DNA from: Antedon mediterranea | Taxonomy: Eukaryota > Animalia > Echinodermata | Assembly (NCBI RefSeq): GCF_964355755.1 | Contig: NC_092679.1 | Coordinates: 10,151,432-10,215,431 of the forward strand | DNA: 64,000 nucleotides | Direction: 5' to 3' | Part shown: one piece after another, positions 37,070-50,789 of the stretch | How the letters are laid out: each line of letters starts with the position of its first letter | Numbering within the stretch: position 1 is the first letter of the stretch | Position numbers and translations under genes: made by a program | The notes under the pieces: model-generated | Database searches by the model: none | Seen by the model: the letters and a program-made list of their open reading frames with translations, nothing else | What the model was told of the DNA's origin: nothing

Positions 37070-39792
37070 CAAAAAATGCAACTCTAAAGTGTGCTAAAAA
37101 CCGGAAAAAACAAAGACAACCATTTTTAAAAGATGAAGTTAAAATTGAAGAGTCTTCCGTAAGCATGGGTAGAAGTTCTGTGAATGTTCATAAAAATAAA
37201 TCTCCAAGACGTTCTGGTCGTCAACGAAAAGAAAATAGACGCTATAGGAGTAATGGGTTTTTAGAACTTGCAGATTTACCGAATGACATAAATGAAAATG
37301 ATGACAAATTAATTTTTAAAAGTGATGATTATCCAGGAGAAAGTAGGTGTGCTTTTGTTGATCAAATTACAAATGGAGTTGGTGAAGAAACTTTAGAAAT
37401 TATTGACAAGACAGTTGTTCGATATTCAAAACGAAAACTATTGCCAACGGATTGTTCTCATTTTGTTGTTCAAGGAAATACAGACAAATTGGTAGAGTCA
37501 ATTGATTACAATTATATTCCACATGATTTAGAATTAACTGATAATGAGTCTCATGGCCCAAAAATAAAACGTGTTCGAACTCGTCCTCCTCTACCACTTT
37601 GTGAAACATGTGGAGAACAATTTCCAAAAAGATCATTTCTTTATCAGCATATTCAAACAGTTCACAATGTTCAAGATGCTTACAGTTGCTTTGGATGTGA
37701 TAACAAATTTAATGACTCTAAAGCATGGGAAAATCATGAGGAAGTTCACAAAGTACAGAAAATAGCATGTACTTATTGTGGAAAGTATTTTTCTACAAAG
37801 ACAAAATTAAATGTTCATATCCGGATACATACTGGTGAACGGCCTTATAAATGTGAGTTGTGTCCTAAAGCATTTGCCACAAACTCAACCTTTAACACCC
37901 ACATCAAGATGCATACTGGCGAAAAATTGTACACTTGTCGTGTTTGTCATAAGAAATTTGTTCAACGAAGTGGACTAAAGACTCATTTACTAACACACAA
38001 TGAAGATCGACCTCATGAATGCTCATTGTGTCGGAAAGCATTTACATTGCCAATTTATTTAAAACGACATATGTATACACATACTGGAGAACGTCCTTGG
38101 AAATGTACAATCTGCCCAAAAGCTTTTGCTAAAAAGTGGACTCTTGATGAACATATTAAAATTCATAATAAAGATAGGAAATTTCCATGTAAATTTTGTG
38201 ACAAATACTTTTATGGAACAGGTGATTTGAAGGTTCATGAACGTATTCATACTGGTGAAAAACCATATCCTTGTCCTGAATGCGAAAAATGTTTTGCAAC
38301 GCTCACTAAAATGAAAGTGCACCAGAGAGTTCATACGGGAGAGAAACCATACAAATGTAATTTTTGTTGTAAAGGGTTTGCTACAAGTTCTACCAGACAT
38401 GTGCATGAGCGTATTCATACAGGAATAAAACCATATGTATGCAGTTATTGTGGAAAAGGATTTACACAATATGGAAATTTAGAAAATCACATAAAAACAC
38501 ACACTGGGGAAAAACCATTTCAGTGTACAGAATGTGGTAAGACCTTTTCTACCCGTACAAATTATGACAATCATGTAAAGGTGCACACAAAAGAAAGGCC
38601 TTTTAAATGTCAATATTGTGAACTGGCATTTTTGAGTAAGTTTAGACTTGACGCTCATGAAAGAAAGCATACAGGTGAAAAAAAATACAAATGTAATGTA
38701 TGTCAAAAGCAGTTTGATGTACCTTCTAAATTAAAAACCCATGTGCGGTCACATGATGCCCCTCGTGTATATCAATGTAGTCACTGTAATAAGAATTTTG
38801 GAAACAAAGCAGGATTTGTAACACATTTAAAATCACATGAATCGGTTGCTCATGGACAAAACCAATGCAACATGTGTAGCACATCTTTTGAAGACAAAAC
38901 TGCTGCAGATGTACATATGCAGATACATGCAGCAGCAGAAGCCTTAATGCTTCAGATGCAGCAAGAACCTGTTACAACTGTATTAGATGGAGAGGAAATA
39001 CCTAATGATGCTGAAAAGGAACTTCAATCTAGAAAAGTTCAACAAGTAGTCCTTCAGCGTGAAGGAGAATCTGAAACTGTTCATTTGGTCCTAATACAAG
39101 AGCAGTCGTCAACAAATGATAGTGATTCACTGGATGGTATTAGTGAGGAGAAAGAGCACAAAGCTGTTGAAGCAAATCAAGAGGAACTTAATGTAACTAA
39201 AAATCATATTCAACATGTCATTTTGCAACAAAATTCAGACACTGTTGTTCATACTCAAGAAAACCTTGAAGAAGAAGTGTTTCAACAGTTAATATTACAA
39301 CAAAATCTTGATAACTCTGGAAGTCAAAATCAAGAGTCAAAACTAGATGTTGTCACTTCTGATACTGATCTTGAACAGTGCCCATCTCGGGGGGAATTTG
39401 TTCAGAAATATCAAATAAACCCAATAGAAAATCAATCTAAACAGGAGATATATCATATTGTTTCAAGTGAAACTAATTCTAATTCTCAAACATTGGCTTC
39501 AGAAACACTTATGCAGAATACATTAAATGAAACTAATGAACTTTTTTCAAATGCTGAGGTTCCCACCCAACAATTAATTATTCAGGATGGAAACATTAAA
39601 GCTAGTACTTCTGCAGCAGAACTCTTACAGCAGGTTGCCATCCAACAGGGATTGATTCAAGGTGATCATAGCTTAGTTGTTTATGAACAATCTGAATTGC
39701 CATGTGATACAGTGCAACAGGTAGTTCAAGGACAATCTCAAGAACCTGTTAAGTTGTATGTGATTCAAGAACAATTTGTAGAAAATGATTAA
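37070..39792 (+). CDS. CIDE-N/C2H2 zinc-finger protein, terminal coding exon: basic linker, 16 C2H2 fingers, Q/E-rich tail
   Basis: TTTCAG acceptor at 37064-37069 whose phase matches the exon 2 donor (G+CA = Ala). 16 CxxC-x12-Hx3-4H units, many with TGE(K/R)PY-type linkers; stop TAA at 39790-39792. Spliced CDS is 85+144+2723 = 2952 nt, or 983 aa. Confidence 0.95.
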
Positions 39793-39839
39793 TCTAAGTT
39801 ATTGTGTGAAGATTTATTTTGGATACAAGATGCACAATC

Positions 39840-39912
39840 AATAAAGTATACTGTACATGCTCGTACAAACCTATAATGATTACTCTTAAGAACCACTAAT
39901 GTGTTGAATAAA
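39840..39912 (+). promoter_or_regulatory. Candidate polyadenylation signals
   Basis: AATAAA at 39840-39845 and 39907-39912, downstream of the stop. The AT-rich background lowers specificity. Confidence 0.4.
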
Positions 39913-40850
39913 ATATGTATGTCTATAAGCAATCTATAAACTGAAAAAAAAATCATAATCCACTAATGACAAACATGGCGTTAAATGTAAAAACGTTCAG
40001 TTTGACAATTTGAATCTGCACAACCTTGTGTAATTAGAAATTGTACAAGGCAGTCTTTGCGCAATTTTAATAACATTTTATTTGTTCACAGTTCTTGCAT
40101 TTTCGTGCCTCGCCTTTAGGCAGTTATAGGTCAAAGGTCAGAAGTGACATTTACGGTCATTTTTTACTAAAATGCCCTATTAGACTGAATATGAATGTAT
40201 ACCTTTTGACCAATTTGATACCAAAATTACCAGTGGTTGTCAAGATTTAAGGACCTATTGGTGTTTGGTCTTATAACCTTTCACCCTGACCTTTGACCTT
40301 TTGCCACATTTTCAAAATGTATAACCAAGCCAAAAATGATTGTTTGACCACCCTAAACCAATTTCTGAAGTCGGATTCTCTGGACCTCAAAGCTACTGTG
40401 TATTATGATTTCGTAAACTCGACTAATTATATGTCCATGATGCTTGACCCAACGTACGTCTGGAAAAGAGAGTCTATGAGGGCTCACAGTTGAATGATTT
40501 TGGATTCTCCACCTTTGGTTGACGCGAAGTCACGTTTTCTTCGAAGAGTGTCCAATATACAGGGAAATAATGTATTGGAATTCTTTGTATAAGGTTTTTA
40601 CAGTATTTAATGAACATGTAATATCATATTTTATTGAATTTTACATTGTTGATATACAAAATGTATTACCAAAAACCTAAATTTTATGTAATTATTTATC
40701 GAAAAATGGTGTAGTTCATACAATTGCTGACTGACCAACAAGTCAGGTTTTCAAAATCCTTTCTTTATTATAAATATTGATACAAAATACTAACAGGCAA
40801 TGTATAATTGTTTGAAAAATATTAACTTAACTTTTGCATCGTTATTCCTA

Positions 40851-40960
40851 CTCTCTTAATGTAAAGGAGTGAAAATCCACTCTTTTCGAGTGAATTTTCA
40901 CTCTTTTGAGGAGTGGTAAGGACCACTGTTTAAAGAGTGAAAACAACTCTTTGAATGAAT
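40851..40960. mobile_element. Degenerate CACTA/EnSpm-like terminus with subterminal repeats
   Basis: Clustered GAGTGAAAA/CACTCTTTT direct and inverted repeats after ctctcttaa, just 3' of the last SAMD3-like exon. Confidence 0.45.
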
Positions 40961-41697
40961 GAACACATTTCAATCTTAAAATGTACTTTAAATCTGCTGG
41001 ATCAATTGATAAAATCTGTACAACAATTTTAATTGTTAATTAAGCGATCAAAGATGAATTATAAAATTAAAATATTTAATTTGTCTCTAGTGCAAAATTG
41101 TATTTTACTTTTACTTTAAATGGCTATAATATTCAATTAGTATTTAAAATAGCATTGAACACTCGTACTATGTGTAGAAAGAATAAAGGCAGCCAGGAAA
41201 GGAAACATTAAAAGCATAAAATGCCTTAATATCAAATCGGAAGCTGCACACTGCTGAACCAGGGGGCACAAATAACAAAATACTGTTCTGGATTTGTAGA
41301 AGGACCAAGATCTAATAAAAAGGGTTGGGTGAATCTGTCTTTTTATTCAAAATAAGAGAACAATTAAAGTACATTTATTTGTGTGTACTTTATGTCAATA
41401 ATTGATGAAACAGGTACAGAAAATGAAAATGAAACTATACACTATACAATTGACCAAACATAATAGGGCATTATATAAAAATATGAACAACAAAATAACA
41501 ATGAATAACAATATTATTAAACAAATTTGACAAATGCACTAAGTGTGAATTGTATAAAAACTGTCAACAGTATCAATTTCTACAAAAGATGACTCAATCA
41601 TTGTTACTGATTGTGAAATAAGAATCATTTAAACAAGACCTAACCTATTTGTTACTTACTGGTTGATGTTGGATAAGGTAGTCAACTACCTCCCTAC

Positions 41698-44411
41698 TAG
41701 TTGGGGAGCCAGAAAGGGTTTACGTGCACCCTCTAGCAAACTATGTAAACAATGTTTTTTTGCTTCCTTGTCAATCAATTTTTTGCTGTTGGCCGAAAAA
41801 AAAATTGGGATGCTTGGTCAGTACAGCAGCCAAAAGGTCAATATGGTCAAAGTTAGAACTGTGCGTAACTTGGTAACTATTAGGTGTATTGGAATATTTT
41901 TTGTGCCAACTACTCAGAAGACCCATATTTCTATTCAGTCTAATGGGAAACTTTTGCCAAAAGTGGACAGAAACCCCTTTTCTGTCCACTGGTCAAGAAA
42001 TTGGCCATATGAATATCTCATCAACCACTGGTCAGAAAGTGATAATTATGGTCTCAAATTACTCGCAACGTGTATGTTTATATTTGTTCTAATGTAATAA
42101 AAATGATAAAACTTTCAATAAACCCCTAATTTTGACCTTTGACATAAATAGCCGGCACAAATATTTTTGGCTTGGAGCACACTTTACATATCTCAGAAAT
42201 TGTTGGGCGGATATGGTCATAGTTGGTGTCAAAATACTCAGAAGATACATATTTCTTTTCACTTTAATGGACAACTTTTGCCAAAAATGACCATAAAACT
42301 TTATTTTTGACCATTAGTCAAGAAAATAGCCATATCAATATCTCAGCAACCACTAGTCAGAAAGTTATAATTTTAGTCTCAAATTACTCGCAAAACATAT
42401 ATTTATATTTGCTCTAATACAACAGAAATACACAACATGTTAAAAAACACCTTATTTTGACATTTAAGCTATAGCTGGTACAATCATTTTTGTGTGGAGC
42501 ACACTTTTATTTTTAATAACTAGCGAATGTTGTCTTTGCTTATCAAAATACACTAATATTGATATCACTCTAATAAACAAGTGCCAAAAGACAAATCATG
42601 ACCACTTATCAAGAAAATGACCATAGAAATATTTAGCAACCAGGTCACAAAGTGATAGTTTTGGTCTCAAAATACTAGGAATGAATGTTTTTAAAAAAAA
42701 TTACAAGTTATGAAAAAGTGGAGCCTTTCTTTTCGGGCATCATGTGATAAATTGAAACGTGTTGCCCACGATACACCATACGGTAGGCTTCTCTAGGCTA
42801 GTAAACTAGTTTTTATAGAGGGGTTTGAATTTGAAAGCCTACTCTACCAATTACGATAAATTTGTATGTGTCTATTAAATTTAAAATACACCGGCTCTGT
42901 GGATGATGGTTTTCAGTGGAAGAGGTGGCGATTGGAAGGAAGTTCTCAACCTCAGCCCCCCATCGTGTTCCGATTGAGTAAGGATATTTTGATAATATGG
43001 ACTTATAGTTGACCAGAAATTAAGTTATGTAAAAATCGTATCAAAGTTCCAGCTTTGAGTCAATTGTATACAACCTTAAAAAGATATTTGAATCTGAAAT
43101 ATACACATAGGTCGAGCCAATTTCAATGGTAGGGGCAGTTAAGGGAAGAGGTCTTCTGTACCACCTCAGTCCCATCACGGTTGGGGCTGAGGTAAGAAAT
43201 GCAAACATGGACCTTTTAGTTGGTACAATCGTATCAATATTCTCAATTCTTTAACAATAATGTTGTTGTTTGTACTGTCTAGTTTTAATTTATGGAGAGG
43301 GAAAGTCACGCCGTCTCCACACATAGACTGCCCAAATCATTAAACTCTTGCAATATTTCACTTTAAACTATACCCACTTTCTTTCTTGCTTGTGTTTAAA
43401 ATTATAAAAATCTAAAGACAAATCAAATAAAACCGTTACTACAGTAGTATGACTATGTTATTATAATCCTAAAGGACATTATTGTTATTATTATTTGTCA
43501 TCCTTTTTGTTGGATTTACTAAAATTCTAAGAAGCAAATAAATGATATAAAATAAATTGCATCAAACAGCTTATTGGAATGGAGGGAAACATTGGAACAT
43601 CTGAACAAAACAAACCTAAGTTCGTTAGAATTAAATTATTAATTTTTAGTTTTAATTAAAATCACATATACTGAGTAGTATGAATGATGTTTAAGGTTTA
43701 CTGTGCAATGTCATAACAAACATGGTAAGCTTCTTAATTAGTATTAGTTATAAATTATTATAAATTTTTGTGATTCCAACAAAAAGGAGAACAAGTAAAT
43801 AAACAATATCTATAATATAGTCATACTACGGTTACTTTGATTTGTTCTATCTAACTAACTATCGTTTTAAAATATGTAACAGTATACTGTATAGCATTTG
43901 TCATTTACCAGGTTTTTTTTTAAATTGTTAAACAGTGATATAGTTTAGATCTGTAATTATAATACTAAATATTAATAATGATCTTGGTGATGAGAAATTT
44001 AACTGTGATGTTATTCATTAAAATTAATAGAATTACCTACTTAGGACTTCCGATACAAAGTATTCATAGTATATACCATACTCACACAACAGTCACTGAT
44101 ATTTTGATATTAAGCAAGACAATATTCGCTTGTTATTAAAAATGTAAGTGTTCTCCACACAAAAATGATTGTATCAGCTATAGGTTAAATGTCAAAATAA
44201 GGTATTTTTTAACATTTTGTGTATTTCTGTTCTATTAGAGCAAATATATTTATATGTTTTGCGAGTAATTTGAGACTAAAATGACCAAGCATCCCAATTT
44301 TTTTTCGGCCAACAGCAAAAAATTGATTTGTATTGATATAAGGAAGCAAAAAAACATTGTTAACATAGTTTGCTAGAGGGTGTACGTAAACCCTTTATGG
44401 CTCCCTAACTA
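41698..44411. mobile_element. Non-autonomous Academ-like element with long TIRs
   Basis: TAGTTGGGGAGCCAGAAAGGGTTTACGTGCACCCTCTAGC.../...GCTAGAGGGTGTACGTAAACCCTTTATGGCTCCCTAACTA; the TIR exceeds 120 bp and 42370-42570 is inverted at 44090-44280. 3-bp TSD TAC/TAT with one mismatch. Splits one SAMD3-like exon. Confidence 0.72.
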
Positions 44412-45789
44412 TATTGGCTCCTCTTGAATTTCCCTTTGCATTTCTTTGAACAATGTGCGTTTGAAGATGGCAGCATCAAGGCTAAACCTTTAGTGCACTT
44501 AGGTCATCTGAAAATCAACACACGTACAAGATATCATCGTCTTTTTTAGAATGAAATACTGTGTACTACGCCTAGGCTGTGCACGCAAATCGGTTTACGA
44601 TGAAATCGGTCCCGTAAAAATCAACTTCCGGTGTTTTGTATGGAGCGCCGCTAGGTACGTTTTTGATAATTGAAATCGGTCGGAAATAAATCAAAACGAT
44701 AAAGTAAAACAGCCACAAAGAAATTGCAGAGCTTTCGGTTAGCATACTTCCTCACTCAAGTATTATAATTAAATACTCAAATACAGTAGGTAGATTTTGA
44801 TGATGCGGCCCAGTAGGCCTATACGCGAGATTATTTACACAGTTAATTTATTGTTTTAATGCATATTATTTGTAAGGATACTTTAGTTTAATTGACGACA
44901 ACGGATACCAGTATACAGTCAGAAAGTGGAAAAAAGGCGTGCTCAAGTGAATTGGCGATGCAGTGTGACAAATAAGAAAGTGAACTATTAGGGATTAATC
45001 CAGCAAAGATAATTAATGGACAACCAAGATTAAACAACAGTAATAATATTTACGAACTGTCGGATATTTTGTTCAGACATTTAAAATGTTTAGGCATCTT
45101 GAATATGAATAGATCGCGCAGAGGAGGTAAAATAACAAGAAGACATAGGCCTATAACTGCTATTATTACTGTTATTATTGTAGAAAACTCGCTTTATACA
45201 AGCCAAAGAGGAGCTGCTGGCTAAGAAAAATTACGCTTCGAACTAACTCGCGCCCAGAAGATACCGGTAACAATAGACAACATTTCCATCATGCTCTCCC
45301 GTGTTTCTTCCTGACTAACCCTAGGTCACTTGTCTACAGACTGGATGAACTTGAGGTGCATAACCTTGCATAACAAATGCATAACATTGATATAGTCCAG
45401 TCAATCTAATGATATACCCACCACAAATTGCAATAGTAACAAAGCAGGTATTTTTGAATTCCATATAAAGTGTAGAACGACATACTAAAAGTCACCGAAA
45501 ATCCAAGCATTGGGTCAAGGGGTCAGAGGTCAATAAAGGTCATTTTAAGTCAAAATTAATATGCCCCATTAATTACATATATTTACCCATTTGAAATACA
45601 TTATATACAAGTGTGATTTATGTCATCCGAAAGCTTATTAAATTTCCTATTCAGTGATATCAAACTTATAGTCATAACATTTTATTTAGCATGTCATTTT
45701 TGCGGAAAAACACAACATAATGTGTCAATTTTGGCTAAAAATGTTGTTTTCGCTGTAAACAACAATGGTATACAAACAGAGATACCCTG

Positions 45790-47595
45790 GGGTGAACATT
45801 TCAGTCCAAAGTGATACACATGACCAGCTCAAGATGCAGATGAGTTCCTGTTCCTGTTGCTTCTGGATGATCTACATTCCATTTTTTCCAGATGGCATTT
45901 GTTTTGCCATGGTTACAGTATTTATATTGGGATGTGTAAGTATTTTAACGATTTTTTAACCAGTAGAAATACAAAGATGTTCAACAGCAGTTTGACAATG
46001 ACCTCCATGTTGTATGACGTTCGGACCATCTGGGCTGGATTGTCAACAGACCTGGTGATTGAAAAGGTTTCTATGAGAAGTCTCAAAGAAAACCAGAGGT
46101 TTGAAAAAGATTTAGGAATGAGTACATCCAGACCAAATCTGCGCTGAATGTAATGCCTCGCAATAGTATCAGGGCGTTACTCCAGCAGCGGCCAACATAA
46201 GAACTTATGGCCACACGTCAGGAACACAATAGCAATTAAAACATCCATTTGGTTACGACTCAGAGATTTCATACCATTGACACGGGAGTTACTGCAGGTG
46301 ACTCGGAATATTGGCAATGTGGTATTAAGCATTGAATATTTTGGACGGATGTTAGGCCAGAAAATCTTGCAATGTATTCAAGATCCTGGCAATAAAGTAC
46401 ATACAGGCAAATATGTGTGCATCGATCCTACAGTTCCAGAGGAGACTCAGGGTGACAACAAGGAAGTTTTTGAGCATGAACTTTGCCACCAGTACTTTTT
46501 GAAACAACCAACTTACAATACTTTCAGCTAATAAACCAACATGATGCCATGTGGAAACAATGAATAGAGTCTAACACATCCAACTCACTGAATGATGTCC
46601 AGTAGGCCTACATTCTAGATGGTAGTGCTCTACTGCACAGCATTCCATGGAATAGTGTAGAGACTTATGATGCGATCTGTAAAAAATATTGATCTGCCAT
46701 CATAGTCTTTGATGATTATGAAAGCGGCTCATCCACCAAAGACGGCGCACATGGTAAGGCGGGTCAGGTGGTAGTATCCCTGTACATTTTACCAGTGACA
46801 TGTTCCACAAAATTGGATCACTTTCTGTAACAAACAACAATTTATAAATCTTCGTAATTAATATTTGAACAAAATGGCAATGAGTTAATGCAGCTGCTGC
46901 TGATAATTATTTCGGATAGTACAAAAAACCATTGAATCAGCAAACAGGAAAACATCTGTCATTATCCGATGACACGGATCTATCTAGTGCTCCTCTGCAG
47001 TCAAGCATTTAAAACATCTTGTGATATTCTTTAGACTGGAACTGAGATACTGGATTATCAAACTGGTTCAAATAGTACTTTTGAGAGACATCTGTGATAA
47101 CCTTCTGTTTGCTCATGCGATACTGGTGACAAAACATCCAGAGCTCTAAAAAGCTTGTCATTGCACTTATTTCTGACGTTATGCTGTAGTCTTCAGATGC
47201 AAACAAGCTACAAAAGATGACATTGTGGTTGCTAGAGAAAATGATTTAGTGTGTCTGTACAATGGACGACCTGGACAACGTGGAATGCCTTTGACTCCAT
47301 CCCATCTACAAGTACAATCTCGCATATATAACTTCATAATCGTACCACAACCATAAGGTACATAACATCATGTTCAAGTTCAAGTTCAAGTTATCTTTTA
47401 GCAATGTGTACCGAGGATTGGGGATGGAAGATCAGATGATGGAAATATGGTTCCTCTACACACAGACTTAAAGCCAGCACCTGAGTATCTCCTTGAAGCC
47501 TTCAGGGGTAACTATAACTACATGTGGTGAATGCAACGGCATTGCACTGTACTGTACTGATACCCGAACAAGAAAGTGATACTGATGACATAGTT
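45790..47595 (+). pseudogene. Academ-type transposase remnant
   Basis: Frameshifted motifs WAGLSTDLVIEKVSMRSLK, ILDGSALLHSIPW, IVFDDYESGSSTKD, EDWGW...PLHTDLKPAPEYLLE and CGECNG. ggtcaa/tgacct-rich subterminal repeats at 45480-45780 and 49880-50700. Confidence 0.65.
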
Positions 47596-47619
47596 GTGAG
47601 TCCTTTTCTATTTGAAGGA

Positions 47620-49650
47620 TTAAACAATATCATCCCACACAGGGCAATTCAAATAAAAAGGTCTGGATTAAAATGATCTTACAAAATATACAAAAATATC
47701 ACAATACACAGTACAATATAACAAGAGTCAAAGTTCAAGAATTTAAGAGTCGGGTGGCAACTGGCAAAAAAGAATTTCTTTTACGATGTGTTCTACATGC
47801 CGGCCATCGAAAGCGACGCCCATGAAGCATGAGCTCGAAATCACTGAACAAGGCATGGTTAACACTTTTTAGAATAGCTCTACTTTTTTTTTTTGAGTTT
47901 GCATACAGTCACAGAAGGAAGATAAGCTACGAAGTCGACAACCTATTAATTTAGAACTTAAATTAACAATTCTTTGTAGTAAGGCATATTGCATCCAATA
48001 CCGAAACCAGGCAAGAAAAAAGGTCCACCAAAAAACATCCGACCCATCATCCTTCTGTCGGTTCTTAGGAAAATGCTAGCAATATGCTTACTTAATAGGA
48101 TAAACGACAGATTAGATGAACATGTCCCTGTAACACAGGACGCGTATCGCAGAGGACGAAACACTACCGAACATGTACATACATGCAAAATGTTAGCAGA
48201 AAAGGCAATTGCGTCATCTAACTACGAAATAATATTACTACTACTTGACATGACCAGTGCATTTGACACTGTGCGGAGGAATACTCTATTCGACATACTG
48301 ACACATATATTACAAGATGTGAATTACACATGTTGAAAGTTTTGATAAACAATGTAAAATTAAGCGTTCGAATTGGAAAACAGACAGGAAAATTGTTTAC
48401 TACTACACTAAGAGTACCACAAGGTGACTGTATGTCTCCGATACTGTTCACACTATACCTAGCAAAGGCACTCGAATCAGCAAACACAACACCACTACCC
48501 CTACAACAGCTTAATATCCAGATGCAGTATGCAGATGACATTTCATTTATTAGCGACTCAAAAGAACACATAACTAAAATAAAGAAAAATGTAACAGAGA
48601 AATTAGCAGAATTCAATCTAAAGATAAACGAAAGTAAAACAGAAGAATACCTAATAGGAAGAAACACCGATAGTAAATGGGAAGAATGCAAATACCTCGG
48701 TAGTAACTTGGACACAGAAAAAGACATTAAAAGAAGAAAATCACTAGCAGCTATGGCATATAACAAGCTGAAGTCGTCGCTAGAACACAAAACGATGTCT
48801 ATAGACGTGAAATCCCGTTTGTTTGACGCATACATAGCAAGTATTTTCTTATATAACAGTGAACTCTGGGTACTAAACAAAAAATTACAAGAGAGTATCA
48901 CAGGAAAATGTTGCGAAAGATGATAGATATTAAATTAACAGATAGAGTGTGTAACACGAAAATATACGAGATAACAAAACAAGAAGAATGGAGTAAAAGA
49001 ATTAAACGAAGGAGACTAAAAGGGTATGGACACATAATTAGATTACCGGATGATACCCCAATCAAACAAAATGAAGGAAACAGAAAAAAATGGAAACAAA
49101 TTGTGGAAAGCGTAATGTCGGAAGACGGAAAACGTTAACAACAACAACGAGTTTCTCTCTTTGACCCTAAGACTAAAAAACCAGCATATAAAGTAAAACA
49201 GTTAAAACGTTCTCAATAAAGGAATTATAAAAAAACCCTGAGAATTACTTTATCGACATTAAAATGGTTCAGCTTCCTTAACAGATAAAGTCTCTGGTGC
49301 CCTTTCTTTACTATTGGCTCTGTATTTAATTCCCAGCTGAGATTGTCCTAGAGTAGGTATTTAAAGGAATGGACAATTTTGCTGGTTCGTCATTTATGAG
49401 GGATACCAGAGGGCTGCGTCCTTTCGCCTTCCTAAAATCTACAATCATCTCCTTGGTTTTGGTCACATTGAGTTCCATCTAATGCGGAACCATGACCGTC
49501 CTGTGAATTTTTAAGGAGAGACAGCAAGACAGTGTCGTCAGCAAATTTGACAAGATGACTATTGTCCTGTTTGCTGCGACAGTCATCCGTGTATATAATA
49601 TACAGGAGAGGAGAGAGGACGCAACCATGGGGAGATCCAATACTTGTCAT
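47620..49650 (-). mobile_element. Rex1/Babar-like LINE 3' fragment, split by an RTE-group LINE
   Basis: 49432-49650 encodes GSPHGCVLSPLLYIIYTDDC...KFADDT; 47745-47880 encodes HALFSDFELMLHGRRFRWPACRTHRKRNSFLPVATRLL. Confidence 0.7.
47960..49148 (+). mobile_element. 5'-truncated RTE-group (Proto2-like) LINE, frameshifted RT
   Basis: PKPGKKKGPPKNIRPIILLS, LDMTSAFD, VPQGDCMSP, YADD and KYLGS motifs; short (CAA)n tail at 49137-49148. Confidence 0.8.
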
Positions 49651-50789
49651 TACGTACATTCGTTGATACTAAAATCATCAAACATCTATCTATAGTAAAT
49701 CATGAGTTGATTCCAAATTATCAAGACTCATTAATTAATCAGCAATAGTACATACCACTATTGAATTTCAATATTCTTCTAGCTAGCATCATTTTTCCTA
49801 TTTCATGACGATACAATAGGTACAGGAAAAACATTATTTGCACCAAATACTTCCAATAAACATAATTTAGTTTTACGCTATTTTAAGAAAATTTGAGTTT
49901 TCGTAAAAGGTCACTGACCTCTATAGTTACATAACAACTGTTGTATCAATTAGTTTTTAGAGTAAGAAATACATAGTATACACATTTGTAGTTATTTAGA
50001 TGTTATTGGCAGGCATAAATGTTACCTCTAAACACAAGTTTCATCAAATGCATCTGCAATTATGGAATAAGACATTGCAGTTAATAATTTTGTTAGGAAA
50101 AATTTGAGTTTTTGTAAAAGGTCAATGACCTTTTGACCTCTAGTTACGTATAACTGTTGTATTAATTGTTTTTTTAATGTATATTAGTAGGATATACTAT
50201 ACACATTGGTACTAAAGCTATTTAGATATGATTATAAAACAATGGATTATAGGCATAAACGCTACCCCCTACCACAAAATTGTTTACATTACATTTGATC
50301 AAGAATCAATTTCAAGAATAGTACATCATTACTTTTAAAATTCTTCTAGTTAACATCATTATTCCTATTTTATATATCGATAGGTACAGAAAAAACACAA
50401 TTTTGATTAAATGCATCCACAATTATGGCATACGATATTACAGTTAATCATTTTTTTATGGAAAAAAATGAGTTTTTGTAAAAGGTCAATAACCTTTTGA
50501 CCTCTAGTTATATGAATAGGTGTTGTATTTTGTTTTTTTAAATTGCATATTAGAAAGAAATATATATTCTACACATTGATATCAAGATTATTGAGATTGG
50601 ATTATAAAACCACAAGTTATGTGCATAAATGTTACCCCCTACCCCAAAAATATTTACGGAATAAAATCGCTATATAGTTGTTGAGATTATGTTAAAAATA
50701 ATGTGTTCCAATGCTTCAATTTTCGGTGACTTTTAATATGTCATTCTAAAGTACATTTGGAATGAAAAAATCAATGTTTCGTTACTATT

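Noticed and set aside
37400-38706. Antisense and alternative-frame ORFs over the zinc-finger exon
   Set aside because: Shadows of the real coding frame with no recognisable motifs.
41663-42274. 144-aa and overlapping short ORFs
   Set aside because: They lie across the Academ-like TIR and subterminal repeats and show no protein motifs.
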